Shown here one piece after another: positions 1-12,367 of a stretch of 64,000 nucleotides of DNA. Each line of letters starts with the position of its first letter. The first letter of the stretch is position 1. Origin of the DNA: Sphaerodactylus townsendi (Eukaryota). The stretch spans positions 23,374,001-23,438,000 of the forward strand of contig NC_059439.1 in the NCBI RefSeq assembly GCF_021028975.2, in the 5' to 3' direction. The translations under genes were made by a program, and so were the position numbers. The notes under the pieces are model-generated. The model had not been told where the DNA came from. It did no database searches and was given only the letters and a program-made list of their open reading frames with translations.

Positions 1-324
1 GGAGCAACACAGGAGGAGACTGCATACTAGTTTACAGCAAAGGAGACACAGCAGCAGGTTAGCAGCTATGGGGCAAGCATAGTATTGGATGCAAAGTATT
101 TTCAGGAGCCAGACTAAAGTAACCCAGCTGCAAGAGGCTATTGCACTAGTGAATGGGAGGCTGGCTATAAAAGAGAGGCTGCAGCTGAGCTAGCTTGTGG
201 CAGCAGTGCTGTGGTTCAGTTTGCATGTCACTGTTTCTGGCCTTGTCTTGATTCCAGACTCTGTGGTAGATTGGCAGATTTGGATTGAGATGGTTATGTA
301 CTCAATATGCCATATGGGGAATTT

Positions 325-703
325 TCATCTGAATTTCCTCAACACTTTGGCCAAAGCTCCTTTGACATCTTTGTTCCTCAAGCTATAGATGATGGGGTTC
401 AGCATAGGGGAGACCAAAGCATAAAAGACTGAGGCCCTCTTCTCTTGATCTGCAGAACGGTTAGACCGGGGCTGCAAGTATGTAAAGCCGATGGTGCTAT
501 AGAACAATGTGACAACAATGAGATGTGTAGCGCAGGTAGAAAATGCTCGTTGGCGTCCCTCACCTGAGCACATTCTGAGTACCACTCTGGAAATATGGAT
601 ATATGAGATCACTATGAAGGTAAAAGGCAGCATGAGAACAACCACACTCAGTGCAAATATGAGAATCTCCACACTGTAGGTGTCCATGCAGGCCAGTGGC
701 AAC
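325..703 (-). CDS. Olfactory receptor, 3' half only (cut by N gap 704-785); near-identical inverted paralog of 11438-12367
   Basis: Translates to [16 protein letters not shown]...[10 protein letters not shown]...[19 protein letters not shown]; reverse complement of 11989-12367 with about 3 nucleotide differences. Confidence 0.85.
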
Positions 704-785
704 NNNNNNNNNNNNNNNNNNNNNNNNNNNNNNNNNNNNNNNNNNNNNNNNNNNNNNNNNNNNNNNNNNNNNNNNNNNNNNNNNN

Positions 786-924
786 GGAAGCCGCCCTGGG
801 GGGAGGGAAGCGGAGTCAGGTCGCCGCTGCTGCGTTGCAGCAGCGGGGCCTGTGCGAAAGGCGGCCTGGGGGCGCCTTTTTTGGCGCCCCCAGGCCGTCG
901 TAAAACGGCCGTGCAGAAGCGGCC
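786..924. mobile_element. Right end of a GC/CpG-rich PIF/Harbinger-like MITE abutting the gap
   Basis: Ends GTGCAGAAGCGGCC followed by AGA, like the GTGCGGAAGGGGCC terminus of the other 3-bp-TSD MITEs; internal hairpin CTGGGGGCGCC-TTTTTT-GGCGCCCCCAG. Confidence 0.45.
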
Positions 925-1160
925 AGAGAGAATGTGATACTCGGGACATTGTGCCTCACATGGAAACCAGAGTATAGGAAGTGAAACAGGCATATTGGTT
1001 GGACCCAGAGATAAAATAAAAAAGAACAACAAATGATGTGCTATTTTTAATACAAGAAGAATACCATTTTATTTCTTTTCATTTTTCCCTATTTCATTAA
1101 AACAGAAGCACATACGGCTATGTCAGTTTGTGAACTATTTCAATCTATGAGAAGCATGCA

Positions 1161-2126
1161 TTACAATTCGTTAGGTGACCAGAATTTCTGACCCCACTTT
1201 CTCAGCGCTTCCTTCACCTCTTTGTTCCTTAAACAGTATATTAGGGGATTGATCATCGGAGTCATGACAGTGTAGAAAAAGGAGAACACTTTTGATGACC
1301 CCTTCATGGAGGGGTCTTCTGGAAGGAGATACACAATCATTAAAGTGACATAGAAAATGGTTACAACAAGAAGGTGGGAGGAGCAGGTTGAAAACGTCTT
1401 CTGTTTCCCTGTGGTTGTGGGGATTCTCAGGATGACTGATAGGATGCAAATGTAAGATGCTATGGTCAACAGAAATGGAGGCAAAGTGAATATAGAACAC
1501 AACAAAAAGGCTATCTGCATAACCAGGGATATGTCACTACAAGCTAACTTGCTCAGTGGTACAAAATCACAGTAGAAATGGTCAATTCCATTGAAGCCAC
1601 AGTAGGTTAACTGTGACAGCCATATAACCACAACTGAGACTGAAAAACAACCACTTATCCAAGAACCAGCTGCTAAAGAGATACATGCTTTGTTATTCAT
1701 ATGGAAGTGATATTGCAATGGTTTGCAAATAGCTAAATATCGATCGTAAGACATTACAGATAAGAGACAAGTTTCTGCAGTCACCAGAAAGCCAAATAAA
1801 TATAACTGTGTAAAACAAGCAAATAAAGACATGGCTCTATTCCCTGTCAGGAAACTTGCTAGCATTCTGGGCAGGATGGTTGAGGTGTAACAAATCTCCA
1901 AACAGGACAAGTTCCCCAGGAAGAAGTACATGGGGATGTGAAGATGCCTGTCAGTCACAACTAGCACAACTATAAGGAGATTCCCCATTACAGTAATGAC
2001 ATAGATGACCAAAAACAGGTGGAAGAAAAGAATCTGCAGTCCAGGGTTATACCCAAAACCCAGGAGGATGACCTCTGTGATGACTGTTTGGTGGATCAAT
2101 GAGTTTACCTGCAGAGGTGAAAACAT
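1161..2126 (-). CDS. Olfactory receptor, OR11A-like (start uncertain; possibly incipient pseudogene)
   Basis: Motifs [56 protein letters not shown]; open frame of about 320 codons; nearest ATG (2126) lies upstream of a strong splice acceptor at 2109/2108. Confidence 0.8.
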   Translation of the reverse strand: MFSPLQVNSLIHQTVITEVILLGFGYNPGLQILFFHLFLVIYVITVMGNLLIVVLVVTDRHLHIPMYFFLGNLSCLEICYTSTILPRMLASFLTGNRAMSLFACFTQLYLFGFLVTAETCLLSVMSYDRYLAICKPLQYHFHMNNKACISLAAGSWISGCFSVSVVVIWLSQLTYCGFNGIDHFYCDFVPLSKLACSDISLVMQIAFLLCSIFTLPPFLLTIASYICILSVILRIPTTTGKQKTFSTCSSHLLVVTIFYVTLMIVYLLPEDPSMKGSSKVFSFFYTVMTPMINPLIYCLRNKEVKEALRKWGQKFWSPNEL

Positions 2127-2716
2127 TATAGTATGCTTTTGAATATTCATCCGCTGTGTGAGCAATTGCAACCTTTAACTGGGATGCTCACAAGGTATAT
2201 AAACAGTTTTTAGTCAAACAAGGAGGTGTCGTTCCATCAAAATTTTATATAACAGTTTTTTTGCTCGCTAGTTTTTTTTGCTTGCCTGATAAAAAGTTGA
2301 TCTGCAGCTGTGTGGATAGGCTAGAGTTGAAAATGCCTACCTGCAGGGAAGCTAGAGACTTTGGCTACACTAATCGTTTGCTACACTCCTCTGTGGAGAC
2401 AAATGAGACTCTTGGGGAAGGATGGCACCTTTGGAGGGGGGACATGTGAGTAGGCTGTGCTTACTAGTTAGTGATGTTTAGCCATCACTATGCTTTGGCC
2501 TTCTGTGCATGGGTAGTGTGGTGGAGTTGTGTAATACTGTATTAGGTAGCAAGACTATTGCAACTGATATTGTTGGAGCTATTGTCATATTCCACCATGG
2601 ACTGGTGTTGTGCTGATATGCTTATCTCAACTAGAGCAGTCTATCCATAAGCTACAGCATTGAAATAAAACCTTTGGGAGGGGGCAATTTTAGGAGGGCA
2701 GGAATGATCCATTCTC

Positions 2717-2920
2717 TGACCTAGATAGCCCAGGATACCTCTATCTCATCACATCTCAGAAGCTAAGAAGGGTGGACCCTGGAAAGTATTTGGGTGAGAG
2801 ACCACCAAGGACTACCAGGGTCACTATGAAGAGGCAGGCAATGGCAAAACACCTCTGAAGTCTCTTGCCTTATAAACTGTGTGGGGTTGCCATAAATCAG
2901 CTGTGACTTGACAGGAAAAA
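2717..2920 (+). mobile_element. 5S rRNA-headed SINE with Sauria/BovB-type tail (5S-Sauria-like)
   Basis: TCTCAGAAGCTAAGAAGGGTGGACCCTGG...GAGAGACCACC matches the 5S internal region; tail GAGGCAGGCAATGGCAAA..ACCTCTG...GCTGTGACTTGAC. Confidence 0.7.
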
Positions 2921-3451
2921 AGGAAAGTCATATAGCATCTATTAGCGTGGCAAAAGTACTTCATGTTGCAGGGGTAAGCTCAGTAGTTACCGTCACCAGA
3001 AATAAATGTATAAACTGTCATGGGAGCAATTCACAGGTGAGAGGGCACCGTTTTATGACACCTCTCATGTCCTTATCCACCTGTTGGCCTTTAAAAGATC
3101 TTTCAAAGAACATTCCTCAAACCTTTTGTAATATTTATCAAATGGTAGTGATTCAACAAGGACTGTGTACCGTAAACAACCAAATATATCAGTAAAATTT
3201 CCAAAACTAAAATGAAAAGAAATTCTCGACAGGCAATCTGGTTTGAATGCAATGGCATTTGTGGGAAGAAGGTGCTGAAATTTTAGTGCTCGTGTCCAGT
3301 CTTATGTAAACCTCCACTGAATACTATCACAAAGTCATAAATCTTTATCTCTTAAATGTATACTGCATTATCTGGGCTGGCCTGGATGTAGATATCTGTT
3401 TCATATGCTAGTCTAGTTGCTCTTCCTCCCCCCCAAAATGTTAGATTTATA

Positions 3452-4197
3452 GTGAAAAAGGCAAACTCTATGCTGGGGATCATTAGGAAAGGAATTGAGA
3501 ATAAAACTGCAAGGATTGTCATGCCCTTATATAAAGCAGTGGTGCGACCGCACTTGGAGTACTGTGTGCAGTTCTGGTCGCCGCATCTCAAAAAGGATAT
3601 TGAGGAGATAGAAAAAGTGCAGAGAAGGGCAACAAGGATGATTGAGGGACTGGAGCACCTTCCCTATGAGGAGAGGCTGCAGCGTTTGGGACTCTTTAGT
3701 TTGGAGAGGAGGCGGCTAAGGGGGGATATGATTGAAGTCTATAAAATTATGCATGGGGTAGAAAATGTTGACAGAGAGAAAATTTTACTCTCTTTCTCAC
3801 AATACTAGAACCAGGGGGCATTCATTGAAAATGCTGGGGGGAAGAATTAGGACTAATAAAAGGAAACACTTCTTCACGCAACGTGTGATTGGTGTGTGGA
3901 ATATGCTGCCACAGGAGGTGGTGATGGCCACTAACCTGGATAGCTTTAAAAGGGGCTTGGACAGATTTATGGAGGAGAAGTTGATTTATGGCTACCAATC
4001 TTGATCCTCTTTGATCTGAGATTGCAAATGCCTTAACGGTCCAGGTGCTCGGGAGCAACAGCCGCAGAAGGCCATTGCTTCACATCCTGCATATGAGCTC
4101 CCAAAGGCACCTGGTGGGCCACTGCGAGTAGCAAAGAGCTGGACTAGATGGGCTCTGGTCTGATCCAGCTGGCTTGTTCTTATGCTCTTATGTTCTA
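3452..4197 (+). mobile_element. 5'-truncated CR1 LINE (ORF2 C-terminus plus 3' UTR)
   Basis: LYKAVVRPHLEYCVQFWSP...YEERLQRLGLFSLERRRLRGD is diagnostic of CR1 ORF2; frameshift near 3781; (TTCTTATG)n-type tail. Confidence 0.93.
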
Positions 4198-4258
4198 TCA
4201 AAATAAATATATATCTGGTCAGTTGTCCTCTGCACTTGGCATCTTAAGAGTTTCATTT

Positions 4259-4449
4259 TTAAAATGCCCTAACATTTCCAAATCTTTTCCCTAAAGCTGT
4301 TTTAATTTCATTGTTTTTTAGGCTATATATGATTGGATTCAACAGTGGTGTTAAGATGCTATACTGGATTGACACCAGTTTGTCCAGATTCCTGAGTGAC
4401 TCAGAATTAGGATTCATGTACCGAAAAAAACCTGTGGAGTAAAATAAGC
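4259..4449 (-). pseudogene. OR remnant (end of TM6 to C-terminus), OR8S1/OR5BS-like
   Basis: LFYSTGFFRYMNPNS...[29 protein letters not shown]; ends at a CR1 3' fragment with no OR sequence beyond it. Confidence 0.85.
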
Positions 4450-4451
4450 CA

Positions 4452-4634
4452 GAGATTGCAAATGCCTTAACAGACCAGGTGCTCGGGAGCAACAGCCGCA
4501 GAAGGCCATTGCTTTCACATCCTGCATGTGAGCTCCCAAAGGCACCTGGTGGGCCACTGCGAGTAGCAGAGACTTGGACTAGATGGACTCTGGTCTGATC
4601 CAGCTGGCTTGTTCTTATGTTCTTATGTTCTTAT
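4452..4634 (+). mobile_element. CR1 3' UTR fragment
   Basis: Near-copy of 4018-4197 ending in (TTCTTATG)n. Confidence 0.9.
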
Positions 4635-6691
4635 AGTTGAAAGGAAATTTGAACCAGATTTCAAGATTCAAGTCTAACACTGAAATCTCCACCAGTGTGA
4701 CCATAATAGTTTTTAAAATGTATGTATTTCCTTTGTTCTCAAGGTAGAGAAGAAACACTAGAAAAGATCAAGTGTGTACATAGATGCTTGTATCTACCTA
4801 AGCCATTTTGCAAATCTAACCAGCTGAAGAAATCAGCTAACAACTTGATTGTCAATACATTTGGTCTGATGCTAGCCTCTTAATAGTTACGTTCATATTT
4901 TTTGTCCAAATACTTACTGCATTCATTGAGATGATAATCAAGTATGTGTATCAGTAACATGACAGGTTGATTCCTGGGGAAGGAGAAATATTTTCTAATG
5001 TCTTGATGTCAGATGTTTTATAGTATACAAGGAAGCAACTTTTGTCTCCTGTGTCAGACCTCATGGGAATTCAAAATGATTTATGAGGGGAATTAGCTGA
5101 AGAACTTTGTATCAACCATTCACCTACCATGCCATAGGGAACAGCATCATGGCCTTCATGAGCTACAGATCCTAATGAGTGATCCTGAACACCAGCCATT
5201 CAACCCAAAATTGCTCTGCCTGACTTTACATTGTCCTGAAATCCTGGAAAAAAAAACAAATAACACAAACAAAACAAACTCCCATTCAGCCTCGATATAT
5301 TTCTGGTGTTTCTGTCTCTTGAGGAAGTGGAAATATTTTTTTTTTCAAATCAAGAAGTCTAGAAAGAGTAAGATGGTCTCTGAGTTGACGGTGGATTCTG
5401 TAAAGAGACCAAATTTGATTGCTGGTCTTAATGCACTCTCTATCAAGCCATCCACTGGTCTTTGGACTTTCTGTTATTTTCTAGCATCAGCGTCATTACT
5501 AAGGGTACTTACCATTAAAGTTAGTAGACTTTCAAAGAGGGAGATTCCCTCCTATGGTGCCTTTGCATTTATTATCAGTTCAACTACTGGTGCTGACTCC
5601 AACAAAGCAGCAGTGGCTCGCTCCAAACAGGGGGATCATCTCATCTTAGGTTAAAGGTCTCAGTTAAAGGTTGTCTCTGTGTCATTCCCATGTAGGTCAT
5701 TAGACCTCAGGCTGGACACAAGGGGAAGATGGTCACTCAAATAATAATAATAATGAAAGTTTCTAACCAATTCCACAAAACAAGCAAAACAAAACACAAC
5801 CTCCAAATTGTGAGCCAGGTCCTCAGTCAGGGAAACAGAATGTCTACATATTTCAAGTATATGGAATTGAGATGTAAGCGATTCATTGACATATAAGAAT
5901 ATCATTTACTTTTTTGTTTTGTTTTCCCTAGTTTCACATAGTTTCAGCCCAACCCAGATTGGGCTGGTGGGGGGGGGGGGATGACATGCTCCAGCACCTC
6001 CTTGCCCTCTCCAAAGGGCTTTTTTGTGCCATGGGATGCTTGAAAATAGAAAACCCATAAAGGATATAGGACAATTCCATCAGTGCTCAGGGTCTTGAGG
6101 GGCAGTAGAAGCTGACTAAGATTGAATCTTCCCCTTGGCCCACCCTTGGACATGCCCCCAAACATGCCAGTGTAGCTTTCTGTGCCAGTGGGCCTAAGGA
6201 AGGTCAGCAGCTTCTGGATCAGGTGCCGTGGAACGATGCTTATCCAACCTGGGCAGTAAAGAAAAAACAAAGTTGGTTCGCAGAGTATAGATCAACCCAG
6301 TGCTTCTCAATGACAGGTAGACAGGTCTCCTGAGCAATTAAGATTATCGTATTTGTGACTCAGTAGCTATGGAGATAGATCATCAACTTTTTTTAAAAAA
6401 AAAATAGGAACAAATATCTATTGCCATCTATCTATGCCATCTAAAAATATCTATATACCTTTTGAACTGAAAAGGTACTCAGGATTGCAACCTGCAGAGT
6501 GAACATCCTGGGGCAAATGTTAGTAAATGTCAGTAGGGAGAATCCACTGTCTCTTGCTACCTCTAGTAGCATTTTTCAAAAGGTGAGGTAAGGCTGGAAA
6601 ACAATTGGATTTTCACTCTTCCTCCTGTCCAGAAGAAGAAGAGTTTGAATGTATATCCCCCCCCCTTTCTCTCCTGTAGAAGACTCAAAGG

Positions 6692-7163
6692 CAGTGATGG
6701 CGAACCTTTTTGAGACTGAGTGCCCAAATTGCAACCCAAACCCCACTTATTTATTGCAAAGTGCCAACCTGGCAATTTAACCTGAAGGCTGAGGTTTTAG
6801 TTTAGAAAAAAAACGGTTGGCTCCCTCTTCCTTCTCCCCACCTGCTCGAGTGGGGTATAGCCTGCTCTAGCCTCTAGCAAGTCCCTTGCGCACCGCTCTG
6901 TACCTCTCTAGCATTTCTGCCTCCTCTGTGCCCGCCCCCTCGGGCAGCAGTCAACCAGAGCACAGGCACCAGGCCCGCCAGTCGAGTCCTCCCTGCTCAC
7001 TGCAGTGTGCGCATGTCGTGCTCAGTGGCCCAGGCAACTGTGTGTGTGTGTGTGTGGGGGGGTGATTTTCCACCCCCCACATGACAAACTCTGTGTGCGC
7101 GTGCCCACAGGGAGGGCTCCGAGTGCCACCTCTGGCACCCGTGCCATAGGTTCGCCATCACTG
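6692..7163 (+). mobile_element. hAT-type non-autonomous element (MITE)
   Basis: 16-bp TIR CAGTGATGGCGAACCT/AGGTTCGCCATCACTG; ends shared with 33675-34184; no clear TSD on this copy. Confidence 0.8.
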
Positions 7164-7310
7164 TTATATGATGTTAGTATTGTGTGGGGCGGGAAGTTAC
7201 TTAGTAGATCATTCTGAAGCTCCATTAAAAAGAGCTTTCAGAAATACTGCTTTCAAACAATGCTATCAACTTATTTGCAGGACAGATATAATGAAACACC
7301 TTTGACTCTA

Positions 7311-7354
7311 TGGCTCATTCCGCACATGCAGAATAATGCACTTTCAAACTGCTT
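7311..7354. mobile_element. Truncated copy of the ~140-bp Harbinger-like MITE
   Basis: GGCTCATTCCGCACATGCAGAATAATGCACTTTCAAACTGCTT, identical to the start of 8702-8842. Confidence 0.75.
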
Positions 7355-7464
7355 AATTAATTGAAAATTAATTGAAAAACGTTGTGTTGACCTCCATCAC
7401 AGCTAGCTTTCTTTGCTACCCAGTTCCCTGACTGGTTTAATAGTATAATTCAACAGGCTGATGT

Positions 7465-7611
7465 TAAGAACTAGCCTGCTGGATCAGACCAGAGTCCATC
7501 TAGTCCAGCACTCTGCTACTTGCAGTGGCCCACCAGGTGCCTTTGGGAGCTCACGTGCAGGATGTGAAAGCAATGGCCTTCTGCTGCTGCTGCTCCTGAG
7601 CACCTGGTCTG
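7465..7611 (-). mobile_element. CR1 3' UTR fragment
   Basis: Reverse complement of the 4470-4620 CR1 tail. Confidence 0.85.
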
Positions 7612-8701
7612 ATGGGTGTATATGGGTGTTGTTTTTCACATCTACCCTGGAGACCAAAGAGACATGGTATGAGAACAGCATGAGGGTTCTCCATCATTGT
7701 CCTCAGTACTTGATTGCTTGTTTCATTAATGTTGGCTTCATTGGCACATCTTTCATTCATGCAAACCAGTGTTCTATATTTTTTGAGATTTCAGATATTA
7801 CTTTTCCTTCTGGCCAAAAGTTTTGTTTGAACATTCAAGTTCAAATTAATTGCTGCTCCATGTTTTCTGTCCTTAAGGAATGTAAAAGTTAACAAGGTTG
7901 GAGCTCCTCAAGGAATTTAGCTGATCTTGAGAGCTGCAGACAAAATAAGATGTAGTCTGGGTGGCATCTGATATACATTAATTCTATGGAGAATGCTTGA
8001 TTCGGTTGATGCATCTGGATCAACTTATTCTGAAGCGTTATATTTTGCACACAATTTCATTTAAAAAATGCAAATGTATTCGAAACCTTGAAAAGTCCAG
8101 AGGTCCTGGTAATTCTGATCAGGATTCAGGACTGCTGCCATAAGAAATATAGCAGAAGGATTTTATGAACCGAGAAGGTAAATGATAAAAGCTTACATTG
8201 TAAAGGTACTTGTATGAGACATGGCTATGAATCACACTGTTGCATATGTGCTGGTATACAATCTAGGAAATAAAAAATCTAAATCATTACTAAAATTATT
8301 AAGAGAAAATTTCCATGATCTTTTAATAAAAATAGAAGATTTTTTTTTTCTCTTCATAATTCATCAAGGATTCTCCATTGTTTGGCCAAGTACTCTTCAG
8401 ACATAGGGCATTATTTTAATTCAAAGGAGAGAGCCAATGTGGCACAGTGATTTGAGTAAACATGAACACAGGAAGCTGAGTCTGAGTCTAACAGACGAGG
8501 TTCATACAGGATTCCAGGTAGAGATTGTTCACCTCACAAACTACTGTCTTTTGAACTGGAGATGTGGAGATGGAACTTGGGATCTTCTCCATAGAGAGCA
8601 GATGCTGTACCACTGAGCCCTTCTTCCCAATTCTACATTAGTTACTGGTTACTGGAAGACCAAAGTTCATATTTGACTTAGCCATTCTTGGTTGTCACTA
8701 A

Positions 8702-8842
8702 GGCTCATTCCGCACATGCAGAATAATGCACTTTCAAACTGCTTTCAATGCTCTTTGAAGCTGTGCGGAATGGCAAAATCCACTTGCAAACAGTTGTGAA
8801 AGTGGTTTGAAAACGCATTATTTTGCGTGTGTGGAAGGGGCC
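8702..8842. mobile_element. ~140-bp palindromic PIF/Harbinger-like MITE
   Basis: TIR GGCTCATTCCGCAC...GTGTGGAAGGGGCC; 3-bp TSD TAA. Confidence 0.85.
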
Positions 8843-9936
8843 TAACTCTCAGGTTAACCAACCCAGACTTTTTTTTGGTAAAGAGTAGTTGTTTATGACA
8901 ACTGAGCTTATTAGAGAAGGGGCAGGATAAACAGCTCCCAAGAACACAAAGAGAAATACCATGTGCATCCTGTAAGAAGTCAATGGGCAATATTAAGTCG
9001 CCTCAAGCCATTATAGCACATTGATATCTTGAGACAATCTCCGTTGTGCTGCAGTGAGTAAGGTAAGATCATGGGAACTTGTGGTTCATTCAAAGTGGCA
9101 TTCTTATTAGAAAATTAATAAGATTTAGGACTGATTGGGTTGTCCATGTCAGTTTAGTACAGTAATTAAGAGACTTAAGCTAAAAAAAACCCTGTCTCCT
9201 GTCTTCAATTAGCTATGAATTCAAATGTAGACAATCCATCATCTTTCAGTCACAGCTACTGTTGCTGTCAACTATAGCATGGCAATTCAACATAGACTTA
9301 ACTGTGTTTTCAATTGTTATCTTGAAGTGTTCTTTCTAAATTTAATGCGTTGAAAATGTTGGTTCATTTTTTAACCACGGTTTCCTGCTGCTGGGCAGAA
9401 CCCAGATAATTTTTACACTCTGTTTTACCCAGTTTTCCTCCTTACTATAGGCTCCCTCCTTCATGACTTTTATCCATGCAGGTCCTATAATCTTTCAAGC
9501 TCAGTAATGAAGGTCTATCAGGACGTGCCTTCATACCATTTTGGAACTCCATTAGTCCACACAGGAGCTTTGCTGCTTATCCCACCATGCGTGAAGATGA
9601 TTTTCCAGTACTGATGATTAGCAAGACTGTGTTCATGCATCCAAGCTTCCATAGACCAAGACCTGGGGTGCTGATGGCTGTTGGATTTCCTACTGATTAC
9701 CCCCATGGTAGGTGAATTAGGCTGTGCAGAAGTTCAGGCTTTCCATCTGTCTAAATACAAATACCGTAGTTATTTTTAAAGTTATTAAAAGACATTGTGG
9801 GGTACAGAAACTATATTAAATCAAATGTAGCAAAAGAGTAGCAAGTATGATTGTGATGAAATAAAAAATCTGGAGCAGATAAAGTGTTTTTTATTAAGAA
9901 GTGTGAATTATGCTCTTTGCCAAGTATATTGAATTG

Positions 9937-10017
9937 CATAAGAACATAAGAACAAGCCAGCTGGATCAGACCAGAGTCCATCTAGTCCAGCTCTCTGCTA
10001 CTCGCAGTGGCCCACCA
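9937..10017 (-). mobile_element. CR1 3' end fragment
   Basis: (CATAAGAA)2 followed by CAAGCCAGCTGGATCAGACCAGAGTCCATCTAGTCC. Confidence 0.85.
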
Positions 10018-10869
10018 TTAAATATTAATTTTTTGTTGGGGTACTCCCCTCACAAAAAGCAGCATTGTTGTAATTTTTTTGACACTGTGCCTTATTATTT
10101 ATATATTCAATATTTCTTTATGCAAAGCCTTGAAACAATGGATGAGATCCAACCAGTTTTTCTGCTGCCAAACATTGGAGAAGGGGTCCTTTTGACCATC
10201 CAAAAAGTCTATGCTGTGGATCATTACATCCCAGTAAACAAAATCCATGTGTTGCAGAGGCTGTAGTAATTAATGGAATAAACAAAACTGAAAGGGGGAA
10301 GCTCGGTGGATACTACCCAATGTGCCTGATGCATATAGTCGTGGATATACATAGTATGCATAACCTATTCTTATTCATCATTGTACATGACATATTTATA
10401 GTTTCATGCATTCAGCTAATTCAAACTGAAATGGAACACACACACCCTCCCCCCACCATGCTAGATGTCTGTTGTGAGGAGAAAAAGGGAAGTTGATTGT
10501 AAGTCTCATTGAGACCCCTCAAAACTCGAAGGAAAAGTGGGGTATAAAAACTAACTCTTTTTCTCCATCTTCTTCAGTACAATCTTTTGATCTACTGTGC
10601 AAACTCAGTAAGTTTAACAAATAAGAACAGAACAAGAACAGTAGGTAAAAGCGGTTTTAGGTCTTTTGACTGACTATTCAAGAGCTTAGAACACTGGCAT
10701 GTGGTTCTTTGTTGTACTGAGGCTGAAGTTTTAACCACAGCAACACCTTGAATAGGGGGAGAATTAGAATGTGGTGCACGCAGGATTGGAGGACAGCAAT
10801 GCTGAGCCTTGCTTCCCTTGAACGACACTCAGATCTATTATGGAAGCAAAAGCTGTAGGCTCCAGACTT

Positions 10870-11155
10870 ACATGGGACCTGTTTTTCTCAGGCTTGTGGT
10901 TGTGATGAGGGTGGTGACATGAAGTGGCCTTGCTGAGCCCAGTCACATGGCAGGGGAGCCCTCCATGCATGTGTGGGACCTTATTGGAAGGGGTTTTTCC
11001 TTCTGGCTTGCCCATCCAGATACCAAGGCTCTGTCAGCTGACATACCAATAAAGTTGTAGCCATTCCCAATTCCAGAATGGCCCCAGTTTGTTGTTTTTG
11101 AGTGTTTTACTGTGGTGGGTGGCAAGAGCTCCCTGTTCACCCCTTGCACTACAAT
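10870..11155 (+). mobile_element. Degenerate terminal-repeat relic, possibly an older Ngaro-type A-B unit
   Basis: AATAAAGTTGTAGCC...TTCCA...GTGTTTTA...CACTACAAT echoes the 3' end of the 35261, 45175 and 46597 modules; left boundary uncertain. Confidence 0.35.
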
Positions 11156-11437
11156 AGTGTTCACTTTCCATGGAGTCTACAATTTCACTGGTCCTATGAT
11201 AGACTGGGATTTATATAACTTTCACAATACCGGAAGGAAACATTGCAGATAGGACTGGCACAAGATTAATTGCCACAAGAAACTTTTTTTTAAAAAAAAA
11301 AAAGATGTTGGATGGGGAGATGATTGGAACAGCTGAATATGGGCCAGTAGTGGGACAGGATATTGTAATACCAATGCATCATACATGGAACTTCGTGTTG
11401 TTATGGTTACTCTTCATTGCAGGTAAAGTTTGGTAAG

Positions 11438-12367
11438 ATGTGGAGTCTGAATGGGACATTGGTGAATGAGTTCATTCTCCTAGGCTTCACCAGCCACCCT
11501 ACGTTGCAGCGTCTTCTGTTGGCAATGAGCCTAGCCATTTCTCTGGTCACGATCATTGGAAACAGCCTGATTGTCTTCTTGATCTGGGTCGAGCCTGGCC
11601 TCCACACAGGCATGTATTTTTTTATTGGGAACCTCTCTTTGCTGGACATATTCTTCACCCTGATCACCATCCCTCAAATGCTTGCCCACTTGGCCTCTGG
11701 CACAAAGTCCATCTCTTTCAACCGATGCATGGCCCAACTCAACCTGACTCTGTCCTGCGGAATGACTGAATGCTTCATCCTGGCTTGTATGGCATACGAC
11801 CGCTATGTGGCCATCTGCCAACCTTTGCATTACCCCACCCTCATGAGAATGCAGATATGCATGAAGATAGCAGGTGCCTGCTGGGCTGGAGGATTCCTCA
11901 ATGCTGCAGCACTGACCACTGTCACCACCAGCTTCCCTTTCTGTGGACCCAACCAGATCAACCATTTCTTTTGTGAGGAGCCAGCAGTGTTGCCACTGGC
12001 CTGCATGGACACCTACAGTGTGGAGATTCTCATATTTGCACTGAATGTGGTTGTTCTCATGCTGCCTTTTACCTTCATAGTGATCTCATATATCCATATT
12101 TCCAGAGTGGTACTCAGAATGTGCTCAGGTGAGGGACGCCAACGAGCATTTTCTACCTGTGCTACACATCTCATTGTTGTCACATTGTTCTATAGCACCA
12201 TCGGCTTTACATACTTGCAGCCCCGGTCTAACCGTTCTGCAGATCAAGAGAAGAGGGCCTCAGTCTTTTATGCTTTGGTCTCCCCTATGCTGAACCCCAT
12301 CATCTATAGCTTGAGGAACAAAGATGTCAAAGGAGCTTTGGCCAAAGTGTTGAGGAAATTCAGATAA
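11438..12367 (+). CDS. Olfactory receptor, class II (family 2/10/13-like), 309 aa
   Basis: ATG follows acceptor TCTTCATTGCAG; NGT sequon; [37 protein letters not shown]. Confidence 0.95.
   Translation: MWSLNGTLVNEFILLGFTSHPTLQRLLLAMSLAISLVTIIGNSLIVFLIWVEPGLHTGMYFFIGNLSLLDIFFTLITIPQMLAHLASGTKSISFNRCMAQLNLTLSCGMTECFILACMAYDRYVAICQPLHYPTLMRMQICMKIAGACWAGGFLNAAALTTVTTSFPFCGPNQINHFFCEEPAVLPLACMDTYSVEILIFALNVVVLMLPFTFIVISYIHISRVVLRMCSGEGRQRAFSTCATHLIVVTLFYSTIGFTYLQPRSNRSADQEKRASVFYALVSPMLNPIIYSLRNKDVKGALAKVLRKFR

Noticed and set aside
786-1032. Apparent chimeric 235-aa ORF fusing a novel N-terminus to an OR
   Set aside because: Artefact of translating through the N gap into a MITE end
2740-2822. 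5S rRNA gene
   Set aside because: Degenerate, partial and fused to a SINE tail
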